A stretch of 64,000 nucleotides of DNA from an uncultured Gemmatimonadales bacterium (GTDB lineage: Bacteria; Gemmatimonadota; Gemmatimonadetes; Gemmatimonadales; GWC2-71-9): the NCBI GenBank assembly GCA_963707875.1, contig CAVPRU010000014.1:375766-439765 (forward strand), written 5' to 3'. Below the pieces are notes generated by a model. That model worked only from the letters and a program-made list of their open reading frames with translations, made no database searches and had not been told where the DNA came from. Below, one piece after another: positions 8,689 through 20,916 of the stretch (positions are counted from its first letter, which is position 1; every line of letters starts with the position of its first letter). Position numbers and translations under genes: made by a program.

Positions 8689-11600
8689 TCAATCATGCCG
8701 CGAACCCTCGATCCGCGACCACTCCACCCCAGTCCGGACCCCACTCCACACAACCAGCGGGCCGTGCAGCAGGCGGGTCCCGAACGACTCGTCGCCCAGG
8801 CGCAGCCGGAATTCTCCGTCCAGGGGAATCGATTCGGGAGACAGCCAGACGGGGCGACCATTGACGGCAACCCCGCACCGGCCGTCGGGCAGGATTTGGA
8901 TCCGCAACGTCCACCACCCTCCTGATCCCAGCAGGTCCGCCATCGAACCCGCGGGCGCCAGGGCGGAGAGTCCACCGGTGACCCAGAGCACGTCGCCGCC
9001 CCGCGCGCCGGTGACTCCCGGGTAGCCGGCCCCGCAGCTGCCATCCACCCGTCCGGTCGAGGCAGGGGCACGGCGCGGATCCCCTCGCCGCAGTGCGGCG
9101 GTGTCGATGCCGGGCACAAAGACGGTTCGGGACCGCTGCCACTCCTCCTGGGTCAGCGGGGTGGAAAGCCGGACCTCGACTCCCAGCCCGCCGCGCGCGC
9201 TGAAGGAGCGGCGGGTGACCGCGAAGCTCGGGTAGGTGCCATCCCCGTTCGTCCACAATGCGCGCACGGCGGCCGGGCCGATGGTGACCAGCGGGTGGGG
9301 TTCACCGAACGTCATCCACCGACCGTCCCATCCGTCGCCCCAGCCCTCCTCAAGCACCGTGGTAGTTGATCCACTGGTGACCTCGAAGGCGCGCCGCGCG
9401 GTGCGCCAGCCGGCCAGCGAGGCCGTGACGGTCACCGAACCGGGCCGACCGGGCCAAACCACCCCACCGGAATCCACCCGGGCAACTGTCGTGTCGTTTG
9501 AGCTCCATCGGACCGGGGCCAGAACCGGGAGTTCCCGCCCAGCGGCGGTGAGCGCCCGGATCCGGAGCCGGGTGCCGGAGCCCATGATGACGGCTTCCGC
9601 TGTTGTGTCGAACTCGATTCGGTCAATCAGGTCGGCGCCATCCTGCGGCCCCTCCCACCACCGGGTCGCAGGGGGTTTGTCGCCGTGATATGCCACCTGG
9701 CGAGCCTGCCCGGGGCGATCGAGAGGAATCACCCAGTCGCGAAAGCCCCGGAGTCCAGGGAGCCGAACAGCGGCCAGGACCCAGCGCCGATCAGGGCTCA
9801 TCTGACCCTGGTAGACATGGGGGCCCAGCAGACTGGTGCCCTCACCGCGCTGCCAGTCGTATCGGGAGAGTGGCCTTGCCCCGGCGCTGTCCAGGGTCAC
9901 GACCAGCTCGGTCAGCCCGCTCCAACCCAGGAGCTGGGCAATCGGCCACCCCCCCGGCAAGCGGCACTCCGGAGGATCCAGATCGTCGAACGGGCTGACG
10001 CAGAGACGGAACAGGCCGTCATCGGCCTCCCGGAGGAACGCGACCCGGGTGCCGTCGGGGGAAAGGAATGGCAGGCGGTCATGACCTGGTCCCTGGGCAA
10101 TCGGCCGAGCCGCGCCGTCGGAGGTGTCGAATACCGCGATGTCGTAACCTCCGAGCTCGGCGGGCGACCAGCGATTCGTCATGCCCAGCAGTCCCGACCC
10201 GTCGGGCAACCAGGCGTTGACCAGATCATCCCGGGCCTGGCGGGTAAGGCGACGGGATGATGACCCGGCACCTAGCCAGATGTCGAGGGTGGTGCTGTCG
10301 CCGGCATCCTGAACCCACGCCACTGTCCGGCCGTCCGGACTCAGGGCCGGGGGAAGATCCGCGAAGGCCAACGCTGCCCTGGTCAGTCGCGAGCGGCCTC
10401 GGCCGGGGATGAGCGCCGCGCCGGGATCCCAGCCGTCGCGCACCACATGGACCACCTCCGTGGCTCCGGCGCTGTCCGTCGATACCACCAGCTGGGCCAG
10501 GGCGTTTCGCGCGTCACGAGCACGAAGTCCGGTGGTGAGGCCCCCAGCGGCCAGCAGGAGGATCGCCGCCGCGAGTCCCTGACGGGCGCGATTCCAGAGT
10601 CCGATTCGCCAGAGCGGCGGTAGGCATCCCACCAGGGCACCCACCGCCGGATCCGCGCGATCTGTCTGGAGGACCTCCGCGGCGAGATCGGCCACTGGCC
10701 TGCGGTCTCGCCGCGCCCTGACCGCCTGCAGGTAGCCACGGAACCCAGCGCCGACTCGCCCCTGGTCGCCAGCCGCCGCCAGGTGGTGAAGCCCTCGGAG
10801 TTGCTGCACCGGATCGACCCCGGCGGCGTCCAGGAGGGTCCGCCCGATCGCCAGAGCGGCGGCTCGTCGGCCGGGCGCATCGAGTGCTTCCCTGGCCGCG
10901 CCCCCGATCTCGTCGTGGGCCAGCTGCCACACCTCCGATCCCCCGACCCGCCGAACGAGGCCAAGCCGTTCGAGCGCGAGGAGCCCAACAGTCAGCTCCT
11001 CGCCCGAGAGATCAGCCGCGTCCCGGATTGACTCGATCGGCAGCGCGGTCCCCGCAGTGCTCAGCAGGGCGAGAATCCACCCCTGGGCCGCCGGCAGGGC
11101 GCGAATCCGCTGCCGCATCGCCTGGCCCGCCCGCAACACACCGACCAGTTGGGGAAGATCCCGGCACTCCCAGGTCCCCTCCTCCAGGGTGAGGACGCCC
11201 TCCTCCATCGCCAGGCACAGGGTCTCAAGCACCAGCAGTGGTGACCCCTCGGTTGCGGCATGCAGGCCGCGGAGGAGGTCGGGTCCCCACGCGGCATCTT
11301 CAGGAAGGGCACCCAGGGCCGTCACCAGGCTGGCAACCTGGGATGGGGACAGCGGTGCGAGAGGGACGACCCGAACCGCCTCGCTGGTCGGGGTCCGGTC
11401 GGGACGGGAGGCCGTGAGGCAGAGCAACCGGACCTGATCCAGTCGCGCCAGCACCGCTTCGAGTACCTGATAGGAGTGGCGGTCGACCCAGTGCAGATCG
11501 TCCATCACCAGCACGAAGGGGCCCTCATCCGCCACGGCACGCAGCAGGTCCGACAGCGCGTGCATCCTTCGGACGAGCGCGGTGTCGCCAGTCGCGGGAT

Positions 11601-12714
11601 CAGCCGTCCCCGACAGGTGGGCGGACAGAGCGGGGTTGAGCGTCATGAGGGTCGAGGCGGAGGCCGGAGCGATCGCCCGCGCGCCGGGCAGGGCGAACAT
11701 CGCCATCGCCAGTTCCCCGGCGAACCCGTACGGGATGTCACGATCTCCAGGGGACCCCCGGACCTCCACCACTGGCGCACCGCCGGCCCGGAGCCGGGCG
11801 ACCGCGTCGCGCAGCAGGCGGGTCTTCCCCAATCCCGCCGGAGCCGACAGGTGGAGGTGGCGGGCCCCGGATGACCGGATGGCGTCCCAGGCCGCCGTGA
11901 TCAGAGAGAACTCTCGCTCCCGCCCCGTCAGTTCGGCCACCAGCCCGAATCCCTCCCCGCCCTGGTCAGGAGGGGGGGTGAGCTGGCGGGCCCGGGCGAT
12001 GGCCTTCCGAGTGGCCGGCTCGAGTGTCACCCCTTCCTCCGCGCCCCACCGTTCCAGCGCTTCCGCCTCCACCGCGGCGGCCACCAGATCGCCACCCCCA
12101 ACGACCGCCTCGAGCAGCAACCGCCAGGATGCCTCGGCCCGGGGTGCCTCGTCCCGGACCCGCCGAGCCACCCGGTGCGCCTCCCGAAACCGGGAGCGGT
12201 TCAGGTGGCGGCGGACCAGGAGCTCACCGCCTCTGAGAAAAGCACCCCTGAGCCGGTCCCGTTCCAGGTCGGCCCACTGCTCAAATGCGGCTCCTCCTGG
12301 CACCCCGAAGGCCGGCAGGAACGGTCCAGTGTAGGTATCGAGCGCGGTGTCCAGGTCGCCAGCGTCGAGGGCGGCCAGAAACCGGTCGCGGTCGGTATCG
12401 AGCGGCCCGGAGAGCGACAGCTCCTCGGCCCCAGGCAGGGCGTGTTCCCCCAGGACCCGGCGCAGGTGAAACAGGGTCTGTCGAAGCGCCAACCGGGCGC
12501 GGTCCGGGTGGACGTCCGCCCAGAGCAGGTCCAGCAGGGCTTCACGCGAGGTGCGCCGGCCGGGAGTCAGCGCCAGGAAGGTGAGCAGGGCGAGCTGCTT
12601 CCCAGGTCCCAGGAGAAGTTCCCCGGTGGCCGGGACGTACAGCTCGGCAGTCCCCAGAGTTCGCAGGGCGATCGGCGCGGAGGGCTGAAGCACCAGGCCT
12701 GACGGGGTGGTCAT
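8689..12714 (-). CDS. membrane-spanning SARP/BTAD-type regulator fused to a P-loop (STAND/AAA_16-like) NTPase, one TM helix, TolB-like beta-propeller, Big_2 and LamG-like domains
   Basis: - N-terminus: winged-helix plus BTAD pattern (LGPGKQLALLTFLALTPGRRTSREALLDLLWADVHPDRARLALRQTLFHLRRVLG ... FEQWADLERDRLR).
- NTPase: Walker A LSAPAGLGKTRLL and Walker B FVLVMDDLHWVD.
- One hydrophobic segment: GLAAAILLLAAGGLTTGL.
- PD40-like repeats: LSPDGRTVAWV, FLSPDGTRVAFL, MSPDRRWVLA.
- Big_2-like segment: VRWSSNDTTVARVDSGGVVWPGRPGSVTVTASLAG.
- Beta-rich C-terminal domain. Confidence 0.8.
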   Translation of the reverse strand: MTTPSGLVLQPSAPIALRTLGTAELYVPATGELLLGPGKQLALLTFLALTPGRRTSREALLDLLWADVHPDRARLALRQTLFHLRRVLGEHALPGAEELSLSGPLDTDRDRFLAALDAGDLDTALDTYTGPFLPAFGVPGGAAFEQWADLERDRLRGAFLRGGELLVRRHLNRSRFREAHRVARRVRDEAPRAEASWRLLLEAVVGGGDLVAAAVEAEALERWGAEEGVTLEPATRKAIARARQLTPPPDQGGEGFGLVAELTGREREFSLITAAWDAIRSSGARHLHLSAPAGLGKTRLLRDAVARLRAGGAPVVEVRGSPGDRDIPYGFAGELAMAMFALPGARAIAPASASTLMTLNPALSAHLSGTADPATGDTALVRRMHALSDLLRAVADEGPFVLVMDDLHWVDRHSYQVLEAVLARLDQVRLLCLTASRPDRTPTSEAVRVVPLAPLSPSQVASLVTALGALPEDAAWGPDLLRGLHAATEGSPLLVLETLCLAMEEGVLTLEEGTWECRDLPQLVGVLRAGQAMRQRIRALPAAQGWILALLSTAGTALPIESIRDAADLSGEELTVGLLALERLGLVRRVGGSEVWQLAHDEIGGAAREALDAPGRRAAALAIGRTLLDAAGVDPVQQLRGLHHLAAAGDQGRVGAGFRGYLQAVRARRDRRPVADLAAEVLQTDRADPAVGALVGCLPPLWRIGLWNRARQGLAAAILLLAAGGLTTGLRARDARNALAQLVVSTDSAGATEVVHVVRDGWDPGAALIPGRGRSRLTRAALAFADLPPALSPDGRTVAWVQDAGDSTTLDIWLGAGSSSRRLTRQARDDLVNAWLPDGSGLLGMTNRWSPAELGGYDIAVFDTSDGAARPIAQGPGHDRLPFLSPDGTRVAFLREADDGLFRLCVSPFDDLDPPECRLPGGWPIAQLLGWSGLTELVVTLDSAGARPLSRYDWQRGEGTSLLGPHVYQGQMSPDRRWVLAAVRLPGLRGFRDWVIPLDRPGQARQVAYHGDKPPATRWWEGPQDGADLIDRIEFDTTAEAVIMGSGTRLRIRALTAAGRELPVLAPVRWSSNDTTVARVDSGGVVWPGRPGSVTVTASLAGWRTARRAFEVTSGSTTTVLEEGWGDGWDGRWMTFGEPHPLVTIGPAAVRALWTNGDGTYPSFAVTRRSFSARGGLGVEVRLSTPLTQEEWQRSRTVFVPGIDTAALRRGDPRRAPASTGRVDGSCGAGYPGVTGARGGDVLWVTGGLSALAPAGSMADLLGSGGWWTLRIQILPDGRCGVAVNGRPVWLSPESIPLDGEFRLRLGDESFGTRLLHGPLVVWSGVRTGVEWSRIEGSRHD

Positions 12715-12746
12715 GGACGTAACGGGACCCTAACGCGGGGTCGCTA

Positions 12747-12776
12747 ATTGTAGGTCACGTCTCCGCACCCCCACAA
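12747..12776 (-). promoter_or_regulatory. candidate promoter of the SARP-STAND gene (TTGTGG-18-TACAAT)
   Basis: The minus strand reads cTTGTGGgggtgcggagacgtgaccTACAATtagcg, ending about 33 nt upstream of ATG 12714. The -35 overlaps the AAGAGG RBS of the divergent lipoprotein gene. Confidence 0.35.
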
Positions 12777-12785
12777 GAGGCCCCC

Positions 12786-14006
12786 ATGCACAAGGCAATC
12801 CGTTCCGTGGCTCCCCTGGCACTCATGGTCGCGGGCATGGCCTGCGGCGGGCCGACCGAGAACAATGGAGGCCCGGGTGAAGGCAGCGAAACCGGCCTTC
12901 TGGTAGATGCGCCCGTCCAGGGCGTCTCGTTCCGCACCACCAGCGGCGCGGAGGGCACCACGGGCGCGGGAGGGACCTATACGTACAACCCCGACGACCT
13001 GGTGACGTTCAGCCTCGGGGGACTGACGCTCGGTGCCATCACCGCCAATGGGATCCTGACCCCCATCGACATCGCCAACGGGAGTGCCAACCGGCTCCAG
13101 AACCTGCTGGTGCTGTTCCAGTCGCTCGACCAGGATGGGATCCCGGGCAATGGGCTGACGATCCCCCCGGCCGCGGCGGCAGCGATCACGGCGGGTCTCA
13201 ACCTCGACATGTCACCGATCTCATTCGCCTCCTCCGCTAACACCATCCTGGTCGCGGCAATGGCGGCAGGCGGCATTGCTCGACCCATCGTGACCACAAA
13301 TCAGGCCAACGCCGAGTTCAGGACTCAGCTCCTGGCCTTGCTGGGATTCGATACCTGGGTGCTCAGCGCCCCGGCGGTCGGAATTGTCGTCCGAACCAAC
13401 GCGGTCGGAGATTACCTCATGGGTCAGGTGGGTACCCCCGGAAACGGTGGACAGCCGGGCCTGGAGTTCGGGACGGTGACCGCGGCTGGGTTCGACCCGC
13501 TGGGGTACTGGTTCACCCCGTCGAATGTCCTGTTCGATTCCAACGGGGACTGGGGACTCTCGACCACGGATGTCACCTGTGAACGATTCACGGTGTACGG
13601 GGATCGACTGCTGAGCAGGAACTGCCAGGGTCAGACCAATGCCTCGTTCCTCAAGATGCCCAACCGGCCGTCGGACATTGTCGGGGCCTGGGTCGTCGGA
13701 TCGGCCACCGACATCCACGTCCGGATGTTTGCCTTCTTCCCGAACGGCCAGTTCATGATGCTGGACCCCGTCGGCGACACCAGCGCCTCTGCCTGCGGTG
13801 GACCAGGCGTGGAATACGGCAGCTACACCCACACGGGCAACACCCTCCGGATCGCCACACCCCTGAGCTACGACACCAACGGCTGTGCCGGCTTGAGCAA
13901 CAGCAGCGCCGCCACGCCGGCAGGGATGGCGCTCACGGTCAACGGGACGTCCGCGACTGCGACGATTGGGGGGACCCCGGTGACCCTGGTCCGCGTTTCG
14001 AAATGA
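12786..14006 (+). CDS. lipoprotein of unknown function
   Basis: The signal peptide carries a lipobox (MHKAIRSVAPLALMVAGMAC|GG), and AAGAGG sits 6 nt upstream of the ATG. The product is 406 aa, Gly/Thr-rich and beta-like. No family recognised. Confidence 0.7.
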   Translation: MHKAIRSVAPLALMVAGMACGGPTENNGGPGEGSETGLLVDAPVQGVSFRTTSGAEGTTGAGGTYTYNPDDLVTFSLGGLTLGAITANGILTPIDIANGSANRLQNLLVLFQSLDQDGIPGNGLTIPPAAAAAITAGLNLDMSPISFASSANTILVAAMAAGGIARPIVTTNQANAEFRTQLLALLGFDTWVLSAPAVGIVVRTNAVGDYLMGQVGTPGNGGQPGLEFGTVTAAGFDPLGYWFTPSNVLFDSNGDWGLSTTDVTCERFTVYGDRLLSRNCQGQTNASFLKMPNRPSDIVGAWVVGSATDIHVRMFAFFPNGQFMMLDPVGDTSASACGGPGVEYGSYTHTGNTLRIATPLSYDTNGCAGLSNSSAATPAGMALTVNGTSATATIGGTPVTLVRVSK

Positions 14007-14039
14007 CGGTGGCCGCCGGCCTGGGGACGAAACTGCTTG

Positions 14040-16382
<2,343 letters not shown>

Positions 16383-16400
<18 letters not shown>

Positions 16401-16446
16401 CAGCCCTCGGCGAAGCGGATGGCGTGGATCATCGGCCCCCGGCGAA
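16383..16446. repeat. 32-bp tandem direct repeat (2 copies, 29/32 identical) spanning the thiL stop and plsC start
   Basis: 16383-16414 is gcggatggcctggatcatcagccctcggcgaa and 16415-16446 is gcggatggcgtggatcatcggcccccggcgaa. Mismatches are at repeat positions 10, 20 and 25. Confidence 0.9.
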
Positions 16447-17433
16447 GTGGTCGAATCCCGACAGGTCAAACCGTTCCTCCCCCAGCTGGAACACGACCTC
16501 GGGGCCATTCACCGGATCCGACCCCCTCGGGACCACCGAGGCGGTCAGCTGACCGATCCGGGTGATGGACAGGCCGCAGTCCCGGAAGAAACGAAGCGCA
16601 TCGTCACTCCCGAATCCGGCCGGCATCGCCACCAGCAGTTCGTAGTCTTCCCCGCCCCGGGCGGCGAAGACCTCCGGGCGATCCCCGGTCAGCGACGCCG
16701 CGGCCACCACCGCCGGATGGACCGGCAGGGCGGCAAGGTCAACCTCGGCACCGGCCCCGGACGCCGCCGCGAGATGGCGCACGTCGCCAGCCAGCCCGTC
16801 ACTCAGATCGATCAGCGCCGTCGCGCCATGAGCCGCCAGCCATTGTCCGGCCGCGAGTCGAGGGATCGGACGAGCGAAGGCGGCATGGGCTACGGCCACC
16901 ACCGACTGCCCAGCGCGCCAGCTCTCGACCGCCGCCCGGCTCCCTCCCAGCGCTCCGGTCACCCAGAGCCCATCGCCAGGGCTTCCGCCTCGCCGCCCCA
17001 CCGGATGCTCCGCCCGGCCCAGGACGGTCACTGCCAGGGAAATCACCGGCCCGGTGGAGAGATCGCCACCGAGCACCGCTCCGCCACACTCCCGCACCAG
17101 CGCCCCGACACCGGCCATGATCCGGTCCGCCGTCTCCCCGGCGTCGGGAGGGACGGCAAGGGCGACCAGGAGTCCGACCGGGCGCGCGCCCGCCGCCGCC
17201 AGATCGGACAGGGCGCCGGCGGCCGAGCGCCAGCCGATCTCCTCATCGGTGATCCACTCGCGCCGGAAGTGCACGCCCTCGATGCTGACGTCGGTGCTCA
17301 CCACCAGCCGGCCCGGGCCCTCAGGCACCGTGGCGCAGTCATCCCCCAGCCCGGCGGCCTCAGCACCCAGCCGCTCGGCAATCGCTCTGATTCTGTCGAA
17401 CTCGGGGCCGGGGCCCAGGGGGATGGCGAGCAT
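16429..17433 (-). CDS. thiL: thiamine-monophosphate kinase
   Basis: EFDRIRAIAERLG..GDDCATV...LVVSTDVSIEGVHFR...IGWRSAAGALSDLAAAGA is the AIR-synthase-like ThiL pattern. Start is ATG 17433, just downstream of the nnr stop at 17438. Confidence 0.88.
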   Translation of the reverse strand: MLAIPLGPGPEFDRIRAIAERLGAEAAGLGDDCATVPEGPGRLVVSTDVSIEGVHFRREWITDEEIGWRSAAGALSDLAAAGARPVGLLVALAVPPDAGETADRIMAGVGALVRECGGAVLGGDLSTGPVISLAVTVLGRAEHPVGRRGGSPGDGLWVTGALGGSRAAVESWRAGQSVVAVAHAAFARPIPRLAAGQWLAAHGATALIDLSDGLAGDVRHLAAASGAGAEVDLAALPVHPAVVAAASLTGDRPEVFAARGGEDYELLVAMPAGFGSDDALRFFRDCGLSITRIGQLTASVVPRGSDPVNGPEVVFQLGEERFDLSGFDHFAGGR

Positions 17434-17437
17434 CGAC

Positions 17438-18994
17438 TCAGAGCCGAGCCGGAGCGTCGAGGGAATGGAGGATCGGCGGTTCGATGACGGCGGGAGCCCG
17501 GCCCTGCCGGGACCAGGCGCGCCACAGATCCGACAGCGCGGCCACCACATCCATCGGCCGGAGCGCCCGGGCTCCGACCCGACGGGCCGCGATGTCGGCC
17601 GAGCGTCCCATGGCGTGCGCCCCGAGAGCGGCCGCCTCCATCGGTTCCAGTCCCTGGGCCAGGAAGGTGGCGATCAGTCCACACAGCGTGTCGCCACTGC
17701 CTCCGGTGGCAAGGCCCGGGTTGCCTGACGCCACGGTCCGGACTCGACCGCCGGGCCTGCCAATCACCGTCGGCACGCCCTTGAGGAGCACTGTGGAGGA
17801 TGCAGCCGAGGCGGCCGCCACCACCGCACCCCAGGGATCGACCGCCGCGCCGGGAGACAGGCTCGGGAAGACGGTTCGGAATTCGCCGGCGTGCGGGGTC
17901 AGGACGAAGCGCCGTTCGGCGGCCAGCAAGGCAAGCGCGGAGACGGCACCCTGGAGCGCGGTCAGGGCATCGGCATCCACCACCGCGGTCGCGCTCCGGG
18001 CGAGGACCTCGAGCACCAGCGGGGTGCGGGAGGGATCGCGATTGAGCCCCGGGCCGACGATGACCGCGTCGGCCCGCGCAATCAGGTCGACCGCCTCGGG
18101 CGTGAGTGACTGGTCGAAGGGCTGGACCCTGGCCTGGAGATCCGGCTCGGCCTGCGCCAGAATGGCGACCGCCTCCCGGGGGGCCAGGATGTGCACCAGT
18201 CCGGCGCCGGCGGCAAAGGCGGACCGGGCGGCCAGGCGCGCGGCGCCGGTCAGTCCAAGATCGCCTCCGACGACGACCACCCGGCCCCGTCCTCCCTTGT
18301 GGGCGTCGGCCGGGATCGATGGCAGCGCCTCCATGGCCTCGTGATCGGTCATCAGGGTTGGCCACGCCGGGTCACCACCGGGGAAGCCGATGTCCACCAC
18401 GACCACCTCACCGACTTCATCCCGGGCCAGCAGGTGGCCTCGGCGATAGCCCCCGAAGGTGACCGAGAGATCGGCCCGGGGCGCCCCATACGACACCCCA
18501 TCGAGGAGATCCAGACCGGTGGGGCCGTCGACCGCGACCATCGGGAGGTGCAGCTCGTTGAGCCGGGCGGAGAGGGCGGCGATCTCGCCGCGAGGGGCGC
18601 CCCGGGCGCCGGTCCCCAGCAGGGCGTCGATCAGAAGACCGACCGCCGGCCACGGCCCATCGGCGCCGACCTCCCGCACTCCGGCATCCCGGGCCAGCGC
18701 CGCCATGGTGGTGTTCAGCGCCGAAGGGGTCGCGCCTGGCACGGGTGCCACCCAGACGGACAGGCCCAGGCGCTGGAGGGCGCGGGCCGCAACCCAACCG
18801 TCCCCACCGTTGTTGCCGGGACCACAGGCCACCAGAACGCCCTGACGGGCCGGGCCGGGACACCGGTGGATCGCCAGCTGGGCGACCGCCCGACCAGCCG
18901 TCTCCATCAGCGTCGCCTCCGCCATACCCGCCCGCACGGCGGACTGGTCCCAGAGGGCGGCCTGCTCAGGAGTGAGAATGGGGATCGCGGTCAT
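17438..18994 (-). CDS. nnr: bifunctional NAD(P)H-hydrate epimerase / ADP-dependent dehydratase
   Basis: YjeF-N domain (LVACGPGNNGGDGWVAARAL) plus a C-terminal carbohydrate-kinase-like domain (HKGGRGRVVVVGG...GSGDTLCGLIATFLAQG). Confidence 0.9.
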   Translation of the reverse strand: MTAIPILTPEQAALWDQSAVRAGMAEATLMETAGRAVAQLAIHRCPGPARQGVLVACGPGNNGGDGWVAARALQRLGLSVWVAPVPGATPSALNTTMAALARDAGVREVGADGPWPAVGLLIDALLGTGARGAPRGEIAALSARLNELHLPMVAVDGPTGLDLLDGVSYGAPRADLSVTFGGYRRGHLLARDEVGEVVVVDIGFPGGDPAWPTLMTDHEAMEALPSIPADAHKGGRGRVVVVGGDLGLTGAARLAARSAFAAGAGLVHILAPREAVAILAQAEPDLQARVQPFDQSLTPEAVDLIARADAVIVGPGLNRDPSRTPLVLEVLARSATAVVDADALTALQGAVSALALLAAERRFVLTPHAGEFRTVFPSLSPGAAVDPWGAVVAAASAASSTVLLKGVPTVIGRPGGRVRTVASGNPGLATGGSGDTLCGLIATFLAQGLEPMEAAALGAHAMGRSADIAARRVGARALRPMDVVAALSDLWRAWSRQGRAPAVIEPPILHSLDAPARL

Positions 18995-19019
18995 CGGGAG
19001 CGGCCGTCCGCTCCGGTGT

Positions 19020-19217
19020 TCATTTGTGGCTCTGTCCGATTACCCGGCCGAAGGAAACCTCTCCGTTGTCGATGCGGAGATTGAACCCGCAGTCGGGGTT
19101 GGTGCAGACCCACGCCTTGAACGTGATCGGCGCTCCATCGCGGCCGTAGTCGGACAGCGGGATCAAGGTCCCGATCTGGCACTTCTGACACTTGGGGAAC
19201 TCTCGCAGGTCGCTCAC
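19020..19217 (-). CDS. small zinc-ribbon protein
   Basis: A 65-aa ORF from GTG 19217, preceded by GGAGG. The GTG overlaps the upstream stop (GTGA). Two Cys pairs are present: FPKCQKCQIG...WVCTNPDCGF. Confidence 0.6.
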   Translation of the reverse strand: MSDLREFPKCQKCQIGTLIPLSDYGRDGAPITFKAWVCTNPDCGFNLRIDNGEVSFGRVIGQSHK

Positions 19218-19639
19218 GACACCTCCCTCTGGCGGGTCTCGCCGCCGTGACCCGGCCCCCCCACCCCATTCCAGACATAGGACCATTCTCCGAACGCGTC
19301 GTCGAACTCGAACACCTCGGCAAAGTCCTCGATCCGGTCGTCGGGCTGGGTCACAAGCAGCCCGACATCTACCAGGGTAAACACGATGCGGCCGAGATCC
19401 AGGGTTTCCCGGATGCCCCAGTGGGACAACACCGATCCGGCCAGCAGCCCGAACTGGAGCCGGGCGTAGTCGCGCACCGCGCCGGCCAGCTCGGCGCCGG
19501 TGACGTGACGGCGGGCCGGGAGCTGCCGCTGCAGGTACTCGATGGCGGCCAGCACGAACAGGTAGCCCCGTTCGTCGTACCGGTCGTCGCGGGACAGGAT
19601 CTGCGAGACCAGATCGTCGGCCAGCCGCACTTCGGTCAC
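19214..19639 (-). CDS. conserved hypothetical protein (Minf_1886-like family)
   Basis: [89 protein letters not shown] matches my recollection of this family's pattern. The start overlaps the glyA stop. Confidence 0.6.
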   Translation of the reverse strand: MTEVRLADDLVSQILSRDDRYDERGYLFVLAAIEYLQRQLPARRHVTGAELAGAVRDYARLQFGLLAGSVLSHWGIRETLDLGRIVFTLVDVGLLVTQPDDRIEDFAEVFEFDDAFGEWSYVWNGVGGPGHGGETRQREVS

Positions 19640-20916
19640 ACGACCACCGCGCCGGCATCCAACGTGGTGTGGTCGTAGAGGGGGAACCCCGCGGCCAGCT
19701 CGGCCACCTCCCGTCGGACCTCCGCGATGGAGGCATCGTCGGAATGCGACAGCGCCCGGTCGATCAGCTTCGCGATGGCCCGCATCTCCTCAGTGCCCAT
19801 TCCCCGGGTGGTCAGCGCCGGCGTGCCCAGCCGGATTCCGCTGGTGACGAAGGGCGACTGGGGATCGTCCGGGACCGTGTTCTTGTTCACCGTGATCCCG
19901 GCCCGGCCGAGCACTGCCTCGGCTTCCTTGCCGGTGAGCTGGCGGGACCGCAAGTCGACCAGCATCAGGTGGCTGTCGGTGCCGCCGCTCACGATGGGGA
20001 GTCCAAGCCCGATGAGCGCGCCGGCCAGGGCCTGGGCGTTGGCCACCACCTGAGCCGAATACGCCCGGAAGGCCGGGGTCAGCGCCTCGCCGAACGCCAC
20101 GGCCTTGGCGGCGATGACGTGCTCCAGCGGTCCGCCCTGATGTCCCGGGAACACCGACCGGTCGACCGCCTTGGCGAGCGGCTCGTGACAGAGAATGAGA
20201 CCCCCGCGCGGACCACGAAGGGTCTTGTGGGTGGTGCTGGTCACCAGCTGGGCGTGGGGGACCGGCGAGGGATAGACCCCACCGGCGACCAGGCCGGCAA
20301 AGTGGGCCATGTCGACCAGCAGGATGGCACCCACCTCATCGGCGATCGCCCGGAAGGCCGCGAAGTCGATGATCCGGGCATAGGCGCTCCCACCGGCGAT
20401 GATCAGACCCGGCCGTTCCTGGAGGGCCATGGTGCGCACCTGGTCGTAGTCGAGCAGGCCGCTCGCGGGGTCCACCCCGTAGTGCACCGGCCGCCAGATC
20501 TGCCCGCTGTGGTTGGCCTTGGATCCGTGGGAGAGGTGCCCTCCGTGAGGCAGCGACATTGCCAGCAGGGTGCCCCCGATGGGCAGCACCGCCATGAAGG
20601 CGGCGAAGTTGGCCTGGGCTCCCGAATGCGGCTGCACGTTGGCGTGTTCGGCACCGAACAGGGCCAGGGCCCGCGCGATGGCAAGCCGCTCCACCTCATC
20701 CACCACCTCGCAGCCCCCGTAGTACCGCCGACCCGGGTAGCCCTCGGCGTACTTGTTGTTGAGAGCGGTCGCCATGGCATCGAGCACCGCCCGCGACGCG
20801 AAGTTCTCGCTGGCAATCAATTCCAGACCGGTCCGTTGCCGCTCCAGTTCCTGGTCCACCAGGCTGGCCACGGCCGGGTCGGTCTCTCGCAACGGTGCCG
20901 CGTGCCGAAAAGTCAT
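19636..20916 (-). CDS. glyA: serine hydroxymethyltransferase
   Basis: [33 protein letters not shown] and [12 protein letters not shown] (PLP lysine). Confidence 0.97.
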   Translation of the reverse strand: MTFRHAAPLRETDPAVASLVDQELERQRTGLELIASENFASRAVLDAMATALNNKYAEGYPGRRYYGGCEVVDEVERLAIARALALFGAEHANVQPHSGAQANFAAFMAVLPIGGTLLAMSLPHGGHLSHGSKANHSGQIWRPVHYGVDPASGLLDYDQVRTMALQERPGLIIAGGSAYARIIDFAAFRAIADEVGAILLVDMAHFAGLVAGGVYPSPVPHAQLVTSTTHKTLRGPRGGLILCHEPLAKAVDRSVFPGHQGGPLEHVIAAKAVAFGEALTPAFRAYSAQVVANAQALAGALIGLGLPIVSGGTDSHLMLVDLRSRQLTGKEAEAVLGRAGITVNKNTVPDDPQSPFVTSGIRLGTPALTTRGMGTEEMRAIAKLIDRALSHSDDASIAEVRREVAELAAGFPLYDHTTLDAGAVVV

